Virus record (IMG/VR): IMGVR_UViG_3300023184_006193
Span: 1 to 64,000 of that record
Source: a virus
DNA: 64,000 bases
Reading direction: 5' to 3' (one strand)
This document shows, piece by piece, positions 40,213 through 49,609 of the stretch. The position numbers were made by a program, and so were the translations under genes. The first letter of the stretch is position 1. Each line of letters starts with the position of its first letter. The notes under the pieces are model-generated. The model had not been told where the DNA came from. It did no database searches and saw nothing but the letters and a program-made list of their open reading frames with translations.

Positions 40213-42791
40213 TTATTTTTATCAATCTTTTTTAAGTCATTTAATTTCATGTAAATTTGATGGTCTTGAATAGCTATTAAATCTCCAAATATACAATCAT
40301 CTCTTTTTGAGCCTTTCGCTATTACAATATTGCCTTCTTCAAAGGCTTTATTATTTAATAGTTTATTATTTTCAATATTATCATTAAATATTAATACGCT
40401 AATTGCTGATGTTTCATCTGATATCTTTAATCTTACATATCTAGTTTTCTTTTCATTTTTAGAAACACCAGTATAAACTTCTTCGATTTGTCCTACTAAA
40501 GCTACTTTAGTATTAACTTGTTCATCGATAACATCACTTATATATTTAAGATTTTCTCTTTTTTCCGCAAAAATATCTCTTAAATTCTTATTATAAGTAT
40601 ATCCTAAAAGTTTCTTTTCATAATACCAATTTGCAAAACTTTCACTTTTACTATTTTGATTATAAATTTGAAGGTATGGTTCGTATTTTGTCTTAATAGT
40701 ATTTAACCTTGCATCTTTAATAACAACGTTGCCCTTCTCATCAGTGAACTTATTAAGATGTTTAATTATTTTAATTAAATCATAATCAAACTTTTCAGCA
40801 AATGAAATAGAGTATTTCTTTTCTTTAGCTGTTAATATATTCCATAATTGAGCTTCTAGTACAATCTTACTTCTAGATTGATTAAAACCACTCAATGCTC
40901 CTGCTTGAATTAAAGAAGACAGCACTCCAATATTAAGATTGGCTTCTTCTGCTGCTTGGAATATTTCAAATTTATTGGAATATTTATTTCTAAAACTATT
41001 AAGCTTTTCAATCGACTTGTCGCTAATGCCCTTAATTGATAACAAGCCAAATCTAATGTCTTTATCTTCTATTGAAAAATCCATCTGTGATTTAATAATG
41101 TGAGGTGGAAGAAGTTTAATATCAAATTCATGCATCTCTTTTTGAATTTTAGAAATTTCACCAATTGGATCGGGCTCATTTCTACTCATCTTCAATAGAG
41201 ATAAAAAGAATTGCTGTGGATAATTGAATTTTAAATAAATTGTAACTGCTGCTAAAGCTGCATAAGCCAATGAATGACTTTTATTAAACGAATAATTTGC
41301 AGAGTCCTCTAAAATCTTCCAAAGGATCTCTCCTACTTCTTTTGGAATTTTATTTTCTTTAATTTTTGATTCAATCTTTTTCTTCCATGCTTTAATTTCT
41401 TCAGTTTTCTTTTTGCCTACGATTCTTCTTAAAATTTCTGCTTCGTCAAGAGTGAAACCAATTTTATGTGCCATTTTCATTAACTGCTCTTGATACAAAG
41501 CTACTCCGCCAGTTTCCTTTAAAATCTCATCGAAAAATGGATGAATACTTTCTGATTGCTGATAATTTGTATGAGCAGCATATTTATCTACGAATTGTAA
41601 TGCTCCAGGTCTTGCTAGAGCTAGTACTCCACTTAGTTCTTCTAGATTTTTTGGTTTTACTTTTTGGCAAACTCGAAAATTAGTTTCTGCTTCAATTTGA
41701 AACAGTCCATGTGGTGATCTTAATTCTTGTAAATTTCTGTAAATAGATTCATGATTTAAATCAATATCTTCTACTTTAATTCCTATATTTTTACAAACAT
41801 CATCAACTACAGAAACACTTCTTAAGCCTAAAATATCAAGTTTAATATTAAATATACTAACCCAATTCATATCAAAGCTAGAAACTGGTTCTTTATCGGA
41901 AGAAAATTCTGTAGGACATACTGTTTCTAAATCGTAATAAGAAAGAAGAACTCCAGATGGATGAACTCCTTTATTCTTAATTAAATCTCTTAATTTTAAT
42001 GCGATTTGAAATGTTTCTTTATTTTCGTCGCACCAATCTTTAAATTTCTCTACTTCTTCATAAGCAGTATTAATATCTTTGACTTGACCATAAACTTTAG
42101 GAATTAATGAAGAAATATTGGTCATCTCTTCTTCGCTTTTTTCACCTACAATTTTTCCGCATTCTTTAATAAGCAACTTACCACTAAGAGTATTTAATGT
42201 TAAAATTTTACTAGTTTTGCCTTTAAATTTTGTTTCTAAATATTGAAGTACTTTTTGACGATTATAATAACAAATATCAATATCTACGTCACACATCAAA
42301 CTACCATCTAAATATGTTATACCATCAATAACCTGCTTTTTAGCTCGAATCTTGGATATAAATCTTTCGAAATAAAGGTCATATTTTACTGGATCAATTC
42401 TAGTTACTCCAATAAGATATAAAATTAATGATCCTGCAGCTGAACCTCTACCTAGTCCTATTGGAATATCACTAGTCTTACAGAAGTTAATAACATCCCA
42501 AACTAATAAAATATAATCAATAAACCCTAATTCTTTTAAAGTGTCTAATTCATATTTAGCTCTATCAATATACTTTTTATAATCTTTATTGTTTTTATCT
42601 ATATTTAATTTTTTAAATCCATTTAAAGCTAATGCTCTTAAAAAATCATAATTTGAAACATCTTCGCTAATATTTAAATGCCTCTTAAGAGATGAGTCTA
42701 TTGAAAACTCTGGAAGTCTAACTCCATGCAGACCCAAATCTGTATTATCAAATTTATCTGAAAAAACTTTATCGTCTAAATGCTTATTCAT
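40209..42791 (-). CDS. dnaE: DNA polymerase III alpha (family C) core lacking the PHP domain
   Basis: GRGSAAGSL, FERF, DVDID, HPSGV, KLDILGL, LFQ, ALARPG, YQEQLM, YSFNKSHS, IRFGLxxIKG, C-terminal OB fold. Confidence 0.95.
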   Translation of the reverse strand: MNKHLDDKVFSDKFDNTDLGLHGVRLPEFSIDSSLKRHLNISEDVSNYDFLRALALNGFKKLNIDKNNKDYKKYIDRAKYELDTLKELGFIDYILLVWDVINFCKTSDIPIGLGRGSAAGSLILYLIGVTRIDPVKYDLYFERFISKIRAKKQVIDGITYLDGSLMCDVDIDICYYNRQKVLQYLETKFKGKTSKILTLNTLSGKLLIKECGKIVGEKSEEEMTNISSLIPKVYGQVKDINTAYEEVEKFKDWCDENKETFQIALKLRDLIKNKGVHPSGVLLSYYDLETVCPTEFSSDKEPVSSFDMNWVSIFNIKLDILGLRSVSVVDDVCKNIGIKVEDIDLNHESIYRNLQELRSPHGLFQIEAETNFRVCQKVKPKNLEELSGVLALARPGALQFVDKYAAHTNYQQSESIHPFFDEILKETGGVALYQEQLMKMAHKIGFTLDEAEILRRIVGKKKTEEIKAWKKKIESKIKENKIPKEVGEILWKILEDSANYSFNKSHSLAYAALAAVTIYLKFNYPQQFFLSLLKMSRNEPDPIGEISKIQKEMHEFDIKLLPPHIIKSQMDFSIEDKDIRFGLLSIKGISDKSIEKLNSFRNKYSNKFEIFQAAEEANLNIGVLSSLIQAGALSGFNQSRSKIVLEAQLWNILTAKEKKYSISFAEKFDYDLIKIIKHLNKFTDEKGNVVIKDARLNTIKTKYEPYLQIYNQNSKSESFANWYYEKKLLGYTYNKNLRDIFAEKRENLKYISDVIDEQVNTKVALVGQIEEVYTGVSKNEKKTRYVRLKISDETSAISVLIFNDNIENNKLLNNKAFEEGNIVIAKGSKRDDCIFGDLIAIQDHQIYMKLNDLKKIDKNN

Positions 42792-43008
42792 CTGAGTCTT
42801 CTTCTTGCTCTCTTTCTATATTATCTATTTCTTTATTGAAAGCGTCTAGTCCACTTGCCAGTATCTTCATAGAGGCTTTGTCTCTTAAAGAAAAGAAAAC
42901 GTCAGCTTTACCATTTTTCTTTCCTTTAGTTACAGTGATTAGAAGATAATCAATATTATTCTCTTCTAGTTTCTGCGTCATATCATATACGTCGTCTAAT
43001 GATGCCAT
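42784..43008 (-). CDS. Small acidic hypothetical protein inside the split polymerase locus
   Basis: 74 aa, GAGGT RBS, tightly coupled to both neighbours. Confidence 0.6.
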   Translation of the reverse strand: MASLDDVYDMTQKLEENNIDYLLITVTKGKKNGKADVFFSLRDKASMKILASGLDAFNKEIDNIEREQEEDSDE

Positions 43009-43009
43009 A

Positions 43010-43648
43010 TTATACCTCTATTTGCCATTTTAATTTATTCCATACTTTTAAGTTTAAGTCAAGATCATTTATTGCATCATGAAGTTTTTCATAATCATGT
43101 TCAATTCCATTTTCTTTACCTAAAGCTGTCAAAGAGCTTTTGACTCCTTTTTTTCTTGTATGATAGATTTTATACTGATATTCAATAAGATTTTCTTTTG
43201 GATTATATGGCATTCCATATTTTATACCCCTTGCGACTGTATTTGTATCAATGAATTTATTAACAAGATGTTGCCAAGAACATCCCATGTATTTATAGTA
43301 CTCTTTAATAAGATAAATATCAAATCCAAGAGTATTGTGTCCAATTATATAGTCTGCATGATCTAACCAATCCTTAATTGTAGCAAATATTTCTTTTGGG
43401 TCGTGTCCTTCTTTTTGAACTTTTTTATGATCATATCTTGTGATTCTTGCTGCATCTTGGCTAATTTTTAAATCTGTTTGCCATTTCAAATAAAAATTCT
43501 TTTGATCTATTTTTTTATCCCCTTGAACTTTTAACATCGCTATTTGCCATGGAATATTATGGCAAAAATTAAGACAAAGATTAAACGTCTCGCAGTCAAT
43601 AAAGACTAGAGTTTTTTTCTTATCATATCTTAAAAGATGTTCGTCCAT
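43010..43648 (-). CDS. DEDDh 3'-5' exonuclease (DnaQ/epsilon-like)
   Basis: FIDCET, IGHNxxGFD, IDT, LHDAxxD. Confidence 0.9.
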   Translation of the reverse strand: MDEHLLRYDKKKTLVFIDCETFNLCLNFCHNIPWQIAMLKVQGDKKIDQKNFYLKWQTDLKISQDAARITRYDHKKVQKEGHDPKEIFATIKDWLDHADYIIGHNTLGFDIYLIKEYYKYMGCSWQHLVNKFIDTNTVARGIKYGMPYNPKENLIEYQYKIYHTRKKGVKSSLTALGKENGIEHDYEKLHDAINDLDLNLKVWNKLKWQIEV

Positions 43649-43649
43649 A

Positions 43650-44108
43650 TTAAAAATCAAAAGGATCTGGTTGTTGCCCTAAGTTTTGTAGCCAATTAAT
43701 ATATTGATATTCATTATATTTTTCCCACTTATCTCCTTTAGATAAATTGTATACCATATAATAACTTAAATTTTTTAAAAAAGCAACAATATATACATCT
43801 ACATTAAGACAATTAGCTACATGAGTTATTGTATATTTTTGAGTATCTCTAGTTTCAAATCTATTTATAATCGCTTTAAAGTAATTTGGTCCAGGAATAT
43901 TATCATCATCTATACGAGTCATTTCTAAAACTGCAACTGGTTTCATTTGGCCATCAATAATTCTCCATTCAATCTGGTCTACATCTGTAGTATAGAGTCT
44001 ATTTAATTTATATTTCCATAACCTATAATCTATTAGTCTATCTTCTCTATCATCTCTTTGGCGAGTTTTTCCACCAAAATTATTTACTTTTTTCTCAAGA
44101 GTTTTCAT
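43650..44108 (-). CDS. Putative PD-(D/E)XK-fold nuclease
   Basis: TDVDQIE...PVAVLEM...Q...VANCLNVDVYIV pattern. Confidence 0.45.
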   Translation of the reverse strand: MKTLEKKVNNFGGKTRQRDDREDRLIDYRLWKYKLNRLYTTDVDQIEWRIIDGQMKPVAVLEMTRIDDDNIPGPNYFKAIINRFETRDTQKYTITHVANCLNVDVYIVAFLKNLSYYMVYNLSKGDKWEKYNEYQYINWLQNLGQQPDPFDF

Positions 44109-44844
44109 TTTTCCAACTTTCAAAACAAAATTCATTACTACTCATGTGTTCTATTTCTGGTTTATTCAAAACGCTTCTATTATTAATGCATCTAAAAGTA
44201 AGATATGTTTTAAAATCTTTTCTAGAATTATAATAAATACTTTTCGTATTGAAAACTTCTAGTTTATTCTCTTTAGCAAATGATAGCATTTTGTCTTTAA
44301 TTATTAAATCAAAGGGTAAGTCATTATTTTCTATAAAGATTGCTGGTTTCGTAAAATCAAATTGTGGCACACAAATGCTATTTTTTAAAGCATTGTTGAA
44401 TATAAAAGAATCATAAAATGGGATAGCTAAAATTAAATCCTCTGACCAGTTCTGTTTTAGAATAGAGTAGTCTAATCTAGGTTCATAGTAAAAACCATCT
44501 TTCGCTGCTATGCTAAATAATTTAGTTAATGACTCGTATCCTTTTTTATTCTTAAAAAATAAAATAACTTTTGAGTTTTTAGCTCTTGATTCGTCTGTTT
44601 TATCGTTCATTGATTCCGTTACAGAAATTCTAAGGCCATAATTTAACTTGATTTTATTATTATTTGTATTTGTATAGGCTTCTAAAAATGAAGACATATT
44701 ATCTTCTACCAAAAATACCTCTTTAAGTTTATTGTGTTTAGCTATTTGAATTATTGAATCTGGATAATCGTCTGCTTCATTCTTATCTTCTAGAGTCAAT
44801 ATAGATCTCCCTAAAGAATAATGTGATTTAAACAATGGTATCAT
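44095..44844 (-). CDS. Stand-alone PHP domain of DnaE (degenerate metal ligands)
   Basis: KSHYSL..SIL, EDN..SFLEAY, YGL, LFFKNKKGYESLTKL.S, GFYYEPRLD match the DnaE N-terminus. Confidence 0.85.
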   Translation of the reverse strand: MIPLFKSHYSLGRSILTLEDKNEADDYPDSIIQIAKHNKLKEVFLVEDNMSSFLEAYTNTNNNKIKLNYGLRISVTESMNDKTDESRAKNSKVILFFKNKKGYESLTKLFSIAAKDGFYYEPRLDYSILKQNWSEDLILAIPFYDSFIFNNALKNSICVPQFDFTKPAIFIENNDLPFDLIIKDKMLSFAKENKLEVFNTKSIYYNSRKDFKTYLTFRCINNRSVLNKPEIEHMSSNEFCFESWKNENS

Positions 44845-44852
44845 TTTTCTTA

Positions 44853-44881
44853 AATATAGCAGACTTTTTAATAGTAATCAA
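44853..44881 (-). promoter_or_regulatory. Sigma70-type promoter with extended -10
   Basis: Minus strand TTGATT-17-TATATT with TG at the extended -10 position; ATG 8 nt downstream. Confidence 0.55.
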
Positions 44882-45843
44882 TCTAAAAATTCATCTTTTG
44901 TATCATTTAGAAAATCATCTTTGGCTAAAGCTGAGTTAAATTTTGGACATCCTTCATACTTTCTAGTTTCTACTTTAAATCCTTTGATATCTTTAAAATT
45001 ATTTTCTAGACTAGATTCTACTATTTCTCCATTATTATTTACCTTAACATAATATGTATATGGATCTTTATATGGACACTTCCATCCTCCAACTTGACAC
45101 ATCCATTTATTTTTTACGCTATCAACTGCAAAATTTGCTTTAGCTGAATTTTCGTCAAATTTATTTACATATTCATTAATATGTTCCAAATAGTGCTCGA
45201 AGCCTTTAATTTGATCTTCATCAAAAGATAATTCTTGAATTGGTTGCTTTGGAAACCTTAAGAATAAAAACTTAACGATAGGTTTTAATTTTGGCCATAA
45301 TTTTTTACTAGCAAGACTATACATCATAGCTTGAATGTTAGCTTCTAGGTCATCACCCCTAAATTTATATTTAGAGCTTTTGTAGTCGATTATATGCATT
45401 TCTTTTTTGATTTTAACGGGTTTGTCTATGAACCCACGAATATGGTATTTGGGCTCATCATTTTTAATATCAAACGAATACTCTGGCTTGACTATCTCTC
45501 CACCTTCTCCAAAAAAATCGTTCTTAAGTCCAACTAGAATCATATCATTTAATAATTTATAATTACTGTCATCTAATTTAACTTTTTTAGCCAATTTTTT
45601 AACTAATTTATCTACGCCATTATCTCCATCAATAGCATTCTTTTTTATTATTCTTTTATAGTTTTTAAGATGCCTTTTGTTTAAAAGTAATTCAAAAATA
45701 GTATGACATATAGTGCCTCTTAATGCACCATCATTTTGAGATTGGGGTACTTTAGCGTGGTAATTAAGCCAATAAACCCAAGAACAAGTTTCCAAGGTTT
45801 TAATTCTAGAAGCTGATAATACTTTTAAAGATTCTTTTTCCAT
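44878..45843 (-). CDS. Cas4/AddB-like PD-(D/E)XK exonuclease
   Basis: LSASRI...C, GTICH, RGFID, IIDYKS, QAMMY, C-terminal cysteines. Confidence 0.85.
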   Translation of the reverse strand: MEKESLKVLSASRIKTLETCSWVYWLNYHAKVPQSQNDGALRGTICHTIFELLLNKRHLKNYKRIIKKNAIDGDNGVDKLVKKLAKKVKLDDSNYKLLNDMILVGLKNDFFGEGGEIVKPEYSFDIKNDEPKYHIRGFIDKPVKIKKEMHIIDYKSSKYKFRGDDLEANIQAMMYSLASKKLWPKLKPIVKFLFLRFPKQPIQELSFDEDQIKGFEHYLEHINEYVNKFDENSAKANFAVDSVKNKWMCQVGGWKCPYKDPYTYYVKVNNNGEIVESSLENNFKDIKGFKVETRKYEGCPKFNSALAKDDFLNDTKDEFLD

Positions 45844-46730
45844 TGAATTATTTCTTCCATATTCATCTCTCCAAAATCTTTTTTAAGTGGTAATGATATC
45901 TTCAATTGTCTATCGTCAAAATATCTCTTTAATTTAGAGTAAATTTTTTCTGAGGCAATATTTCCAGCATTATTTTTACTTGAGTCGTTATTTAAACTGA
46001 TATATATTTTTTTAATATCAATTTTTAAAAGATAATTTAAAATTGGTAAACTCAAACTTACCCCAAATGTAACAATAACATTTTTAATTCCAGCTTGCCA
46101 AAGGCTAAGTAAATCTCCTATGCTTTCTACAAGAATAACTTCTTTTTCATTTTCTATAATTTTTGAATTTAAAAACAAAGGATAAATAAATTCGCTCTTT
46201 TCTCCAAGATGCTTCCATTTTATTTTAGATAGATTTGATATATCTCTTCCAGAAAATCCAGTAATATTATTATTTAAATTAAAAATTGGAAATACATATC
46301 TATTTTTCATCTTACCCATTTTTGCAACACCACCTTTAAACTCTGTTATTATTTCTTTTTGTATATTTCTTTTAATCCAATAATCATGATTATTTTCTAA
46401 TTTAGATAACAATTCTATATCAAATGTTTTGGTTGATTTTAATAAAGGTTTTTCTATTTCTTTCGGTTGGTGAAATGCAAAATTTTTATTTTGTAACCAT
46501 TCTTTTGCTTTACTTGCGTCTTCTAATTTAAGAGTCATTCCAACTAGCGAACTAAAGTCTCCACTTATGTTTTCCTTAAAATCAAACCAATGACCTGTAT
46601 CTTTATAAATCTTTAAGACAGTATCATTATCACTATCTCTATAAAGAGGTCTAGTCCTATATTCTTTACCGCAATCTTTTAACTTATATCCTAGATCAGT
46701 TAAAATTTGATAAACATTTAATTGTTCCAT
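45825..46730 (-). CDS. DNA primase (DnaG-type TOPRIM)
   Basis: RYVFPI..GFSGR, KWKH, VILVESIGD, NND. Confidence 0.85.
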   Translation of the reverse strand: MEQLNVYQILTDLGYKLKDCGKEYRTRPLYRDSDNDTVLKIYKDTGHWFDFKENISGDFSSLVGMTLKLEDASKAKEWLQNKNFAFHQPKEIEKPLLKSTKTFDIELLSKLENNHDYWIKRNIQKEIITEFKGGVAKMGKMKNRYVFPIFNLNNNITGFSGRDISNLSKIKWKHLGEKSEFIYPLFLNSKIIENEKEVILVESIGDLLSLWQAGIKNVIVTFGVSLSLPILNYLLKIDIKKIYISLNNDSSKNNAGNIASEKIYSKLKRYFDDRQLKISLPLKKDFGEMNMEEIIQWKKNL

Positions 46731-47374
46731 TCTAAAGCCTCACTTATCGTAGGAAATTCTTTCATAAAAATCTTTTTGCATTTTTCTGCAATAAGCCTAT
46801 GTTCTTTTTGAGTATTTTGCTCAGTTCTTAATTGAATATAATGAACCCAACTTCTTAATGATCCCTTCATATACATTGTTGTTTCTGTACTTAATGGTAA
46901 TACCATTCTTGCTACTTCTTTAGCTACTCCATTTTCAATCATTGTATCATAACAATGTTGAGATAAAGATAAACTTTCTGCAATTAGTTCACTTATTTTT
47001 TCATAAGCTGGACTATTTACTGATAAAAGTTTTTCTCCTACTTGTCTATTTTTATCTCCTTGTAGTCTAAGTTCAATATCTTCGTACTCGGTAGCTAAAC
47101 TATATCTTTGACTAAATTCTTGAAAACTAAATGATCTATGCCTTAAAATTTGTGCAGCGATTCCACGACTAGTTTTAATTTCAACGCACATATCAACTAG
47201 CTCAAATGGACTCCAATGTTTATGCTCAATTAAAAACTTTAATAATTTTGGAGCAGTTTGCGTATTCATTTGATTTGATGGATTACTAACTCTAGCGCAA
47301 TATGCAACTAAATCTTCTGGATTTTTCAACCCTTTTATTTCTGGTTTTGTAATTGATATTAATTCTACGTTCAT
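46718..47374 (-). CDS. thyX: FAD-dependent thymidylate synthase
   Basis: HWSPFE, QILRHRSFSFQEFSQRY, EVARMVLP, TQKEH. Confidence 0.97.
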   Translation of the reverse strand: MNVELISITKPEIKGLKNPEDLVAYCARVSNPSNQMNTQTAPKLLKFLIEHKHWSPFELVDMCVEIKTSRGIAAQILRHRSFSFQEFSQRYSLATEYEDIELRLQGDKNRQVGEKLLSVNSPAYEKISELIAESLSLSQHCYDTMIENGVAKEVARMVLPLSTETTMYMKGSLRSWVHYIQLRTEQNTQKEHRLIAEKCKKIFMKEFPTISEALEWNN

Positions 47375-48855
47375 AATAATTCTCCATCATTTGCATTCGC
47401 ATCGTTTAATTCGTATTGCTCTCTTTGACGTTCTGCTACGTCGAGAAGTGATCCTCTTTCTTCTATGTTAAAATTTTGTACATTATAATTTAAATAATTT
47501 TGCGACCATACCTCTTTACCAGTGCAATCTAATCTTCTAACTAAATCTTGATGACCCGCTGCATCTTTTCCTTGAAATCTTGTTTTAGTTGGAATCAATT
47601 TATGAGTTCCAAATGTTTGGCCGTCTAGAGTAATCTCGTCTAAAGTCTTTCTTCTAAAGATAGCCACGAATGAAGCGAACCATTGTAATCTGTCTGAAAG
47701 TGAAATTACAGAACTATCATCTACTACCTCTGAACCTTTTCTATTGAAACTTTCGCCAGTTCTATTTAACTGCATAGCGGTAATAATTGGACAATGAATT
47801 TCTTCGGAAATTCTTTTTAACTTATCGATCTTATCTCCAATTGCTTGATGCTCTGCCCAATTTTGGCCTACTTTCTCTCCAGTTAATTTAATGTAATCAT
47901 AAGCTATCATAGCTTGATTTCCTCTTCCAACTTTAGAAAGATACCATCTACGAATAATAGAGCATACTTGATCAATATTTTTATTTCCCACATGATAATG
48001 AAAGTATTCATATTTTTTAACTTTAGACCAAGCCTCTCTCACTTTCTTAGTCATTTCTTCATTCTTTCTCCAATTACCAGTTTCAAGATACCAAACAGGT
48101 ACTCCACTTAAAGATGCTACCATCCTTAATTGAATATCTACTGTTTGCATTTCAGTATCAAGAATAAGAGTTTTAGTTTTATTCTTTGGGTTAATAGAGG
48201 TCTTGAAGCAAATATCATTTAGCCATGTTGATTTACCTTGACCTGGCCTACTTGCAATTGCGTAAATATTTCCATTTTTTAAACCACCATACATTCTATT
48301 AAATTCAGAATACGGAGTTATAAGTCCCGTATCTTCTTTTGGACTATTGCCAATTTCCTCCACAAGATCTTCAACGCCTTCGAAAATATTAATTGGAACA
48401 TCATTCTCTGAATAGGAAGATATTTTTTTATTATAGATGTGATCTATTTTACCTATAATCTCATCTAAATTATCATCTGCATTTTTGGTTACATAATCTT
48501 TTAGCTTATCTGCGGTTTGCGATATCTCTCTTCTTACTCTTAATTTTAATAACTCTTTGCATGCTTCCATCGTTGCTTGTTCAGTTATTTGAGAGAAACT
48601 TAAATTATCTATATAATCAAAAATATTAATATCATCTTTAAATGAAATACCCAAGTTCTTTATTCTTTCAGCAAGAAGAACTTTATCTACATTTTCACCT
48701 TTATGCTTGATGTTCTTGAATACGGAATATATTGTTGAATGAACATCATTAAAAAAATCATTTTCAGATAAGAAGATGTCAATATCTGCAAATAAGTCTT
48801 GATGCTTCAATAAGCCGCTTAGTACGTGTCTTTCTACCTGTAAAGAATAAATCAT
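47371..48855 (-). CDS. dnaB: Replicative DNA helicase (DnaB family)
   Basis: ASRPGQGKS, DTEM, YDYI, MQLNR. Confidence 0.92.
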   Translation of the reverse strand: MIYSLQVERHVLSGLLKHQDLFADIDIFLSENDFFNDVHSTIYSVFKNIKHKGENVDKVLLAERIKNLGISFKDDINIFDYIDNLSFSQITEQATMEACKELLKLRVRREISQTADKLKDYVTKNADDNLDEIIGKIDHIYNKKISSYSENDVPINIFEGVEDLVEEIGNSPKEDTGLITPYSEFNRMYGGLKNGNIYAIASRPGQGKSTWLNDICFKTSINPKNKTKTLILDTEMQTVDIQLRMVASLSGVPVWYLETGNWRKNEEMTKKVREAWSKVKKYEYFHYHVGNKNIDQVCSIIRRWYLSKVGRGNQAMIAYDYIKLTGEKVGQNWAEHQAIGDKIDKLKRISEEIHCPIITAMQLNRTGESFNRKGSEVVDDSSVISLSDRLQWFASFVAIFRRKTLDEITLDGQTFGTHKLIPTKTRFQGKDAAGHQDLVRRLDCTGKEVWSQNYLNYNVQNFNIEERGSLLDVAERQREQYELNDANANDGELL

Positions 48856-48864
48856 CCTTTATAT

Positions 48865-48893
48865 ATGATACCTCAGTAAAAATTAAAAGTCAA
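48865..48893 (-). promoter_or_regulatory. Sigma70-type promoter for the dnaB-thyX-primase block
   Basis: Minus strand TTGACT-17-TATCAT, the same hexamers as at 36511-36539. Confidence 0.7.
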
Positions 48894-48904
48894 GTGTTTT
48901 AAAC

Positions 48905-49174
48905 TTAATCTTTGTCTTCGTCAAAATCGTCTTCTTCTTCGTTTTTTCTTGCTATTAAATCTGTTGTGGCTTCTAAATTTAATTGATCTATACTTTGGCT
49001 CCATGTGTTGATATAATATAATAAAGCCATAGCATTTATTTGATTATCAAATTTTGTAAATACTTGTGGGTCACCTTTACTTGAAAAATTAAAAAGTATA
49101 TATCCTCCAAAACTGCATTCGTCAATTTGTTTTAATAATGAATCTGGTATTTTAAATTTTTTCTTATTTGTCAC
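48905..49174 (-). CDS. Small hypothetical protein
   Basis: 89 aa, GTG start 9 nt after a GTGTAA element. Confidence 0.65.
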   Translation of the reverse strand: MTNKKKFKIPDSLLKQIDECSFGGYILFNFSSKGDPQVFTKFDNQINAMALLYYINTWSQSIDQLNLEATTDLIARKNEEEDDFDEDKD

Positions 49175-49183
49175 TATTAAATT

Positions 49184-49189
49184 TTACAC
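49184..49189 (-). promoter_or_regulatory. GTGTAA candidate late-promoter element inside the replication region
   Basis: TTACAC on the + strand; 9 nt before the GTG start at 49174. Confidence 0.55.
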
Positions 49190-49609
49190 TTAAATGATTA
49201 AAATTCCGCATTTTTCTTCTATATATTGTGGTGAAAGTTTTTTTAAATCAGCTTCATATAGCTCTAGGAATTTAAATTCATTCATTTCAAGCCATTTTTC
49301 TTTTTTGACATCTCTTTTTATACTCTGAAGATATTTTAATCTAGAATTATCATGAAAAAACTCATTGAAGGATTCATGTTGATTACCTTGAATCTCAATT
49401 GCTATCTTTTTTGTTGCATTTAATATGTCTACCTTAAGCATCGTTCCATAAACTGGAAACTCTTCGTAGACTATATGATTCTTCCAGTAAGGATAAAAAA
49501 ATTGCTTGAATTTAAATTGCAATTTACTGCGACTCTTGCCTTCCCAGTTTATTAAATTTTTTCTTACATTTTTATTAACGAGCGTGCCGTTAATATTTAA
49601 CAATCTCAT
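49190..49609 (-). CDS. Vsr/DUF559-like endonuclease
   Basis: EEFPV..LKVDI...IAIEIQGNQH...RDVKK. Confidence 0.75.
   Translation of the reverse strand: MRLLNINGTLVNKNVRKNLINWEGKSRSKLQFKFKQFFYPYWKNHIVYEEFPVYGTMLKVDILNATKKIAIEIQGNQHESFNEFFHDNSRLKYLQSIKRDVKKEKWLEMNEFKFLELYEADLKKLSPQYIEEKCGILII

Noticed and set aside
40209-44844. Split intein or group I intron explaining the divided dnaE
   Set aside because: No intein terminal motifs, and the intervening DNA is fully occupied by ordinary ORFs with no non-coding structured stretch.
44878-45843. CRISPR-Cas system (Cas4-like gene)
   Set aside because: No repeat-spacer array or other cas genes; solo Cas4-like nucleases are common in phage replication modules.
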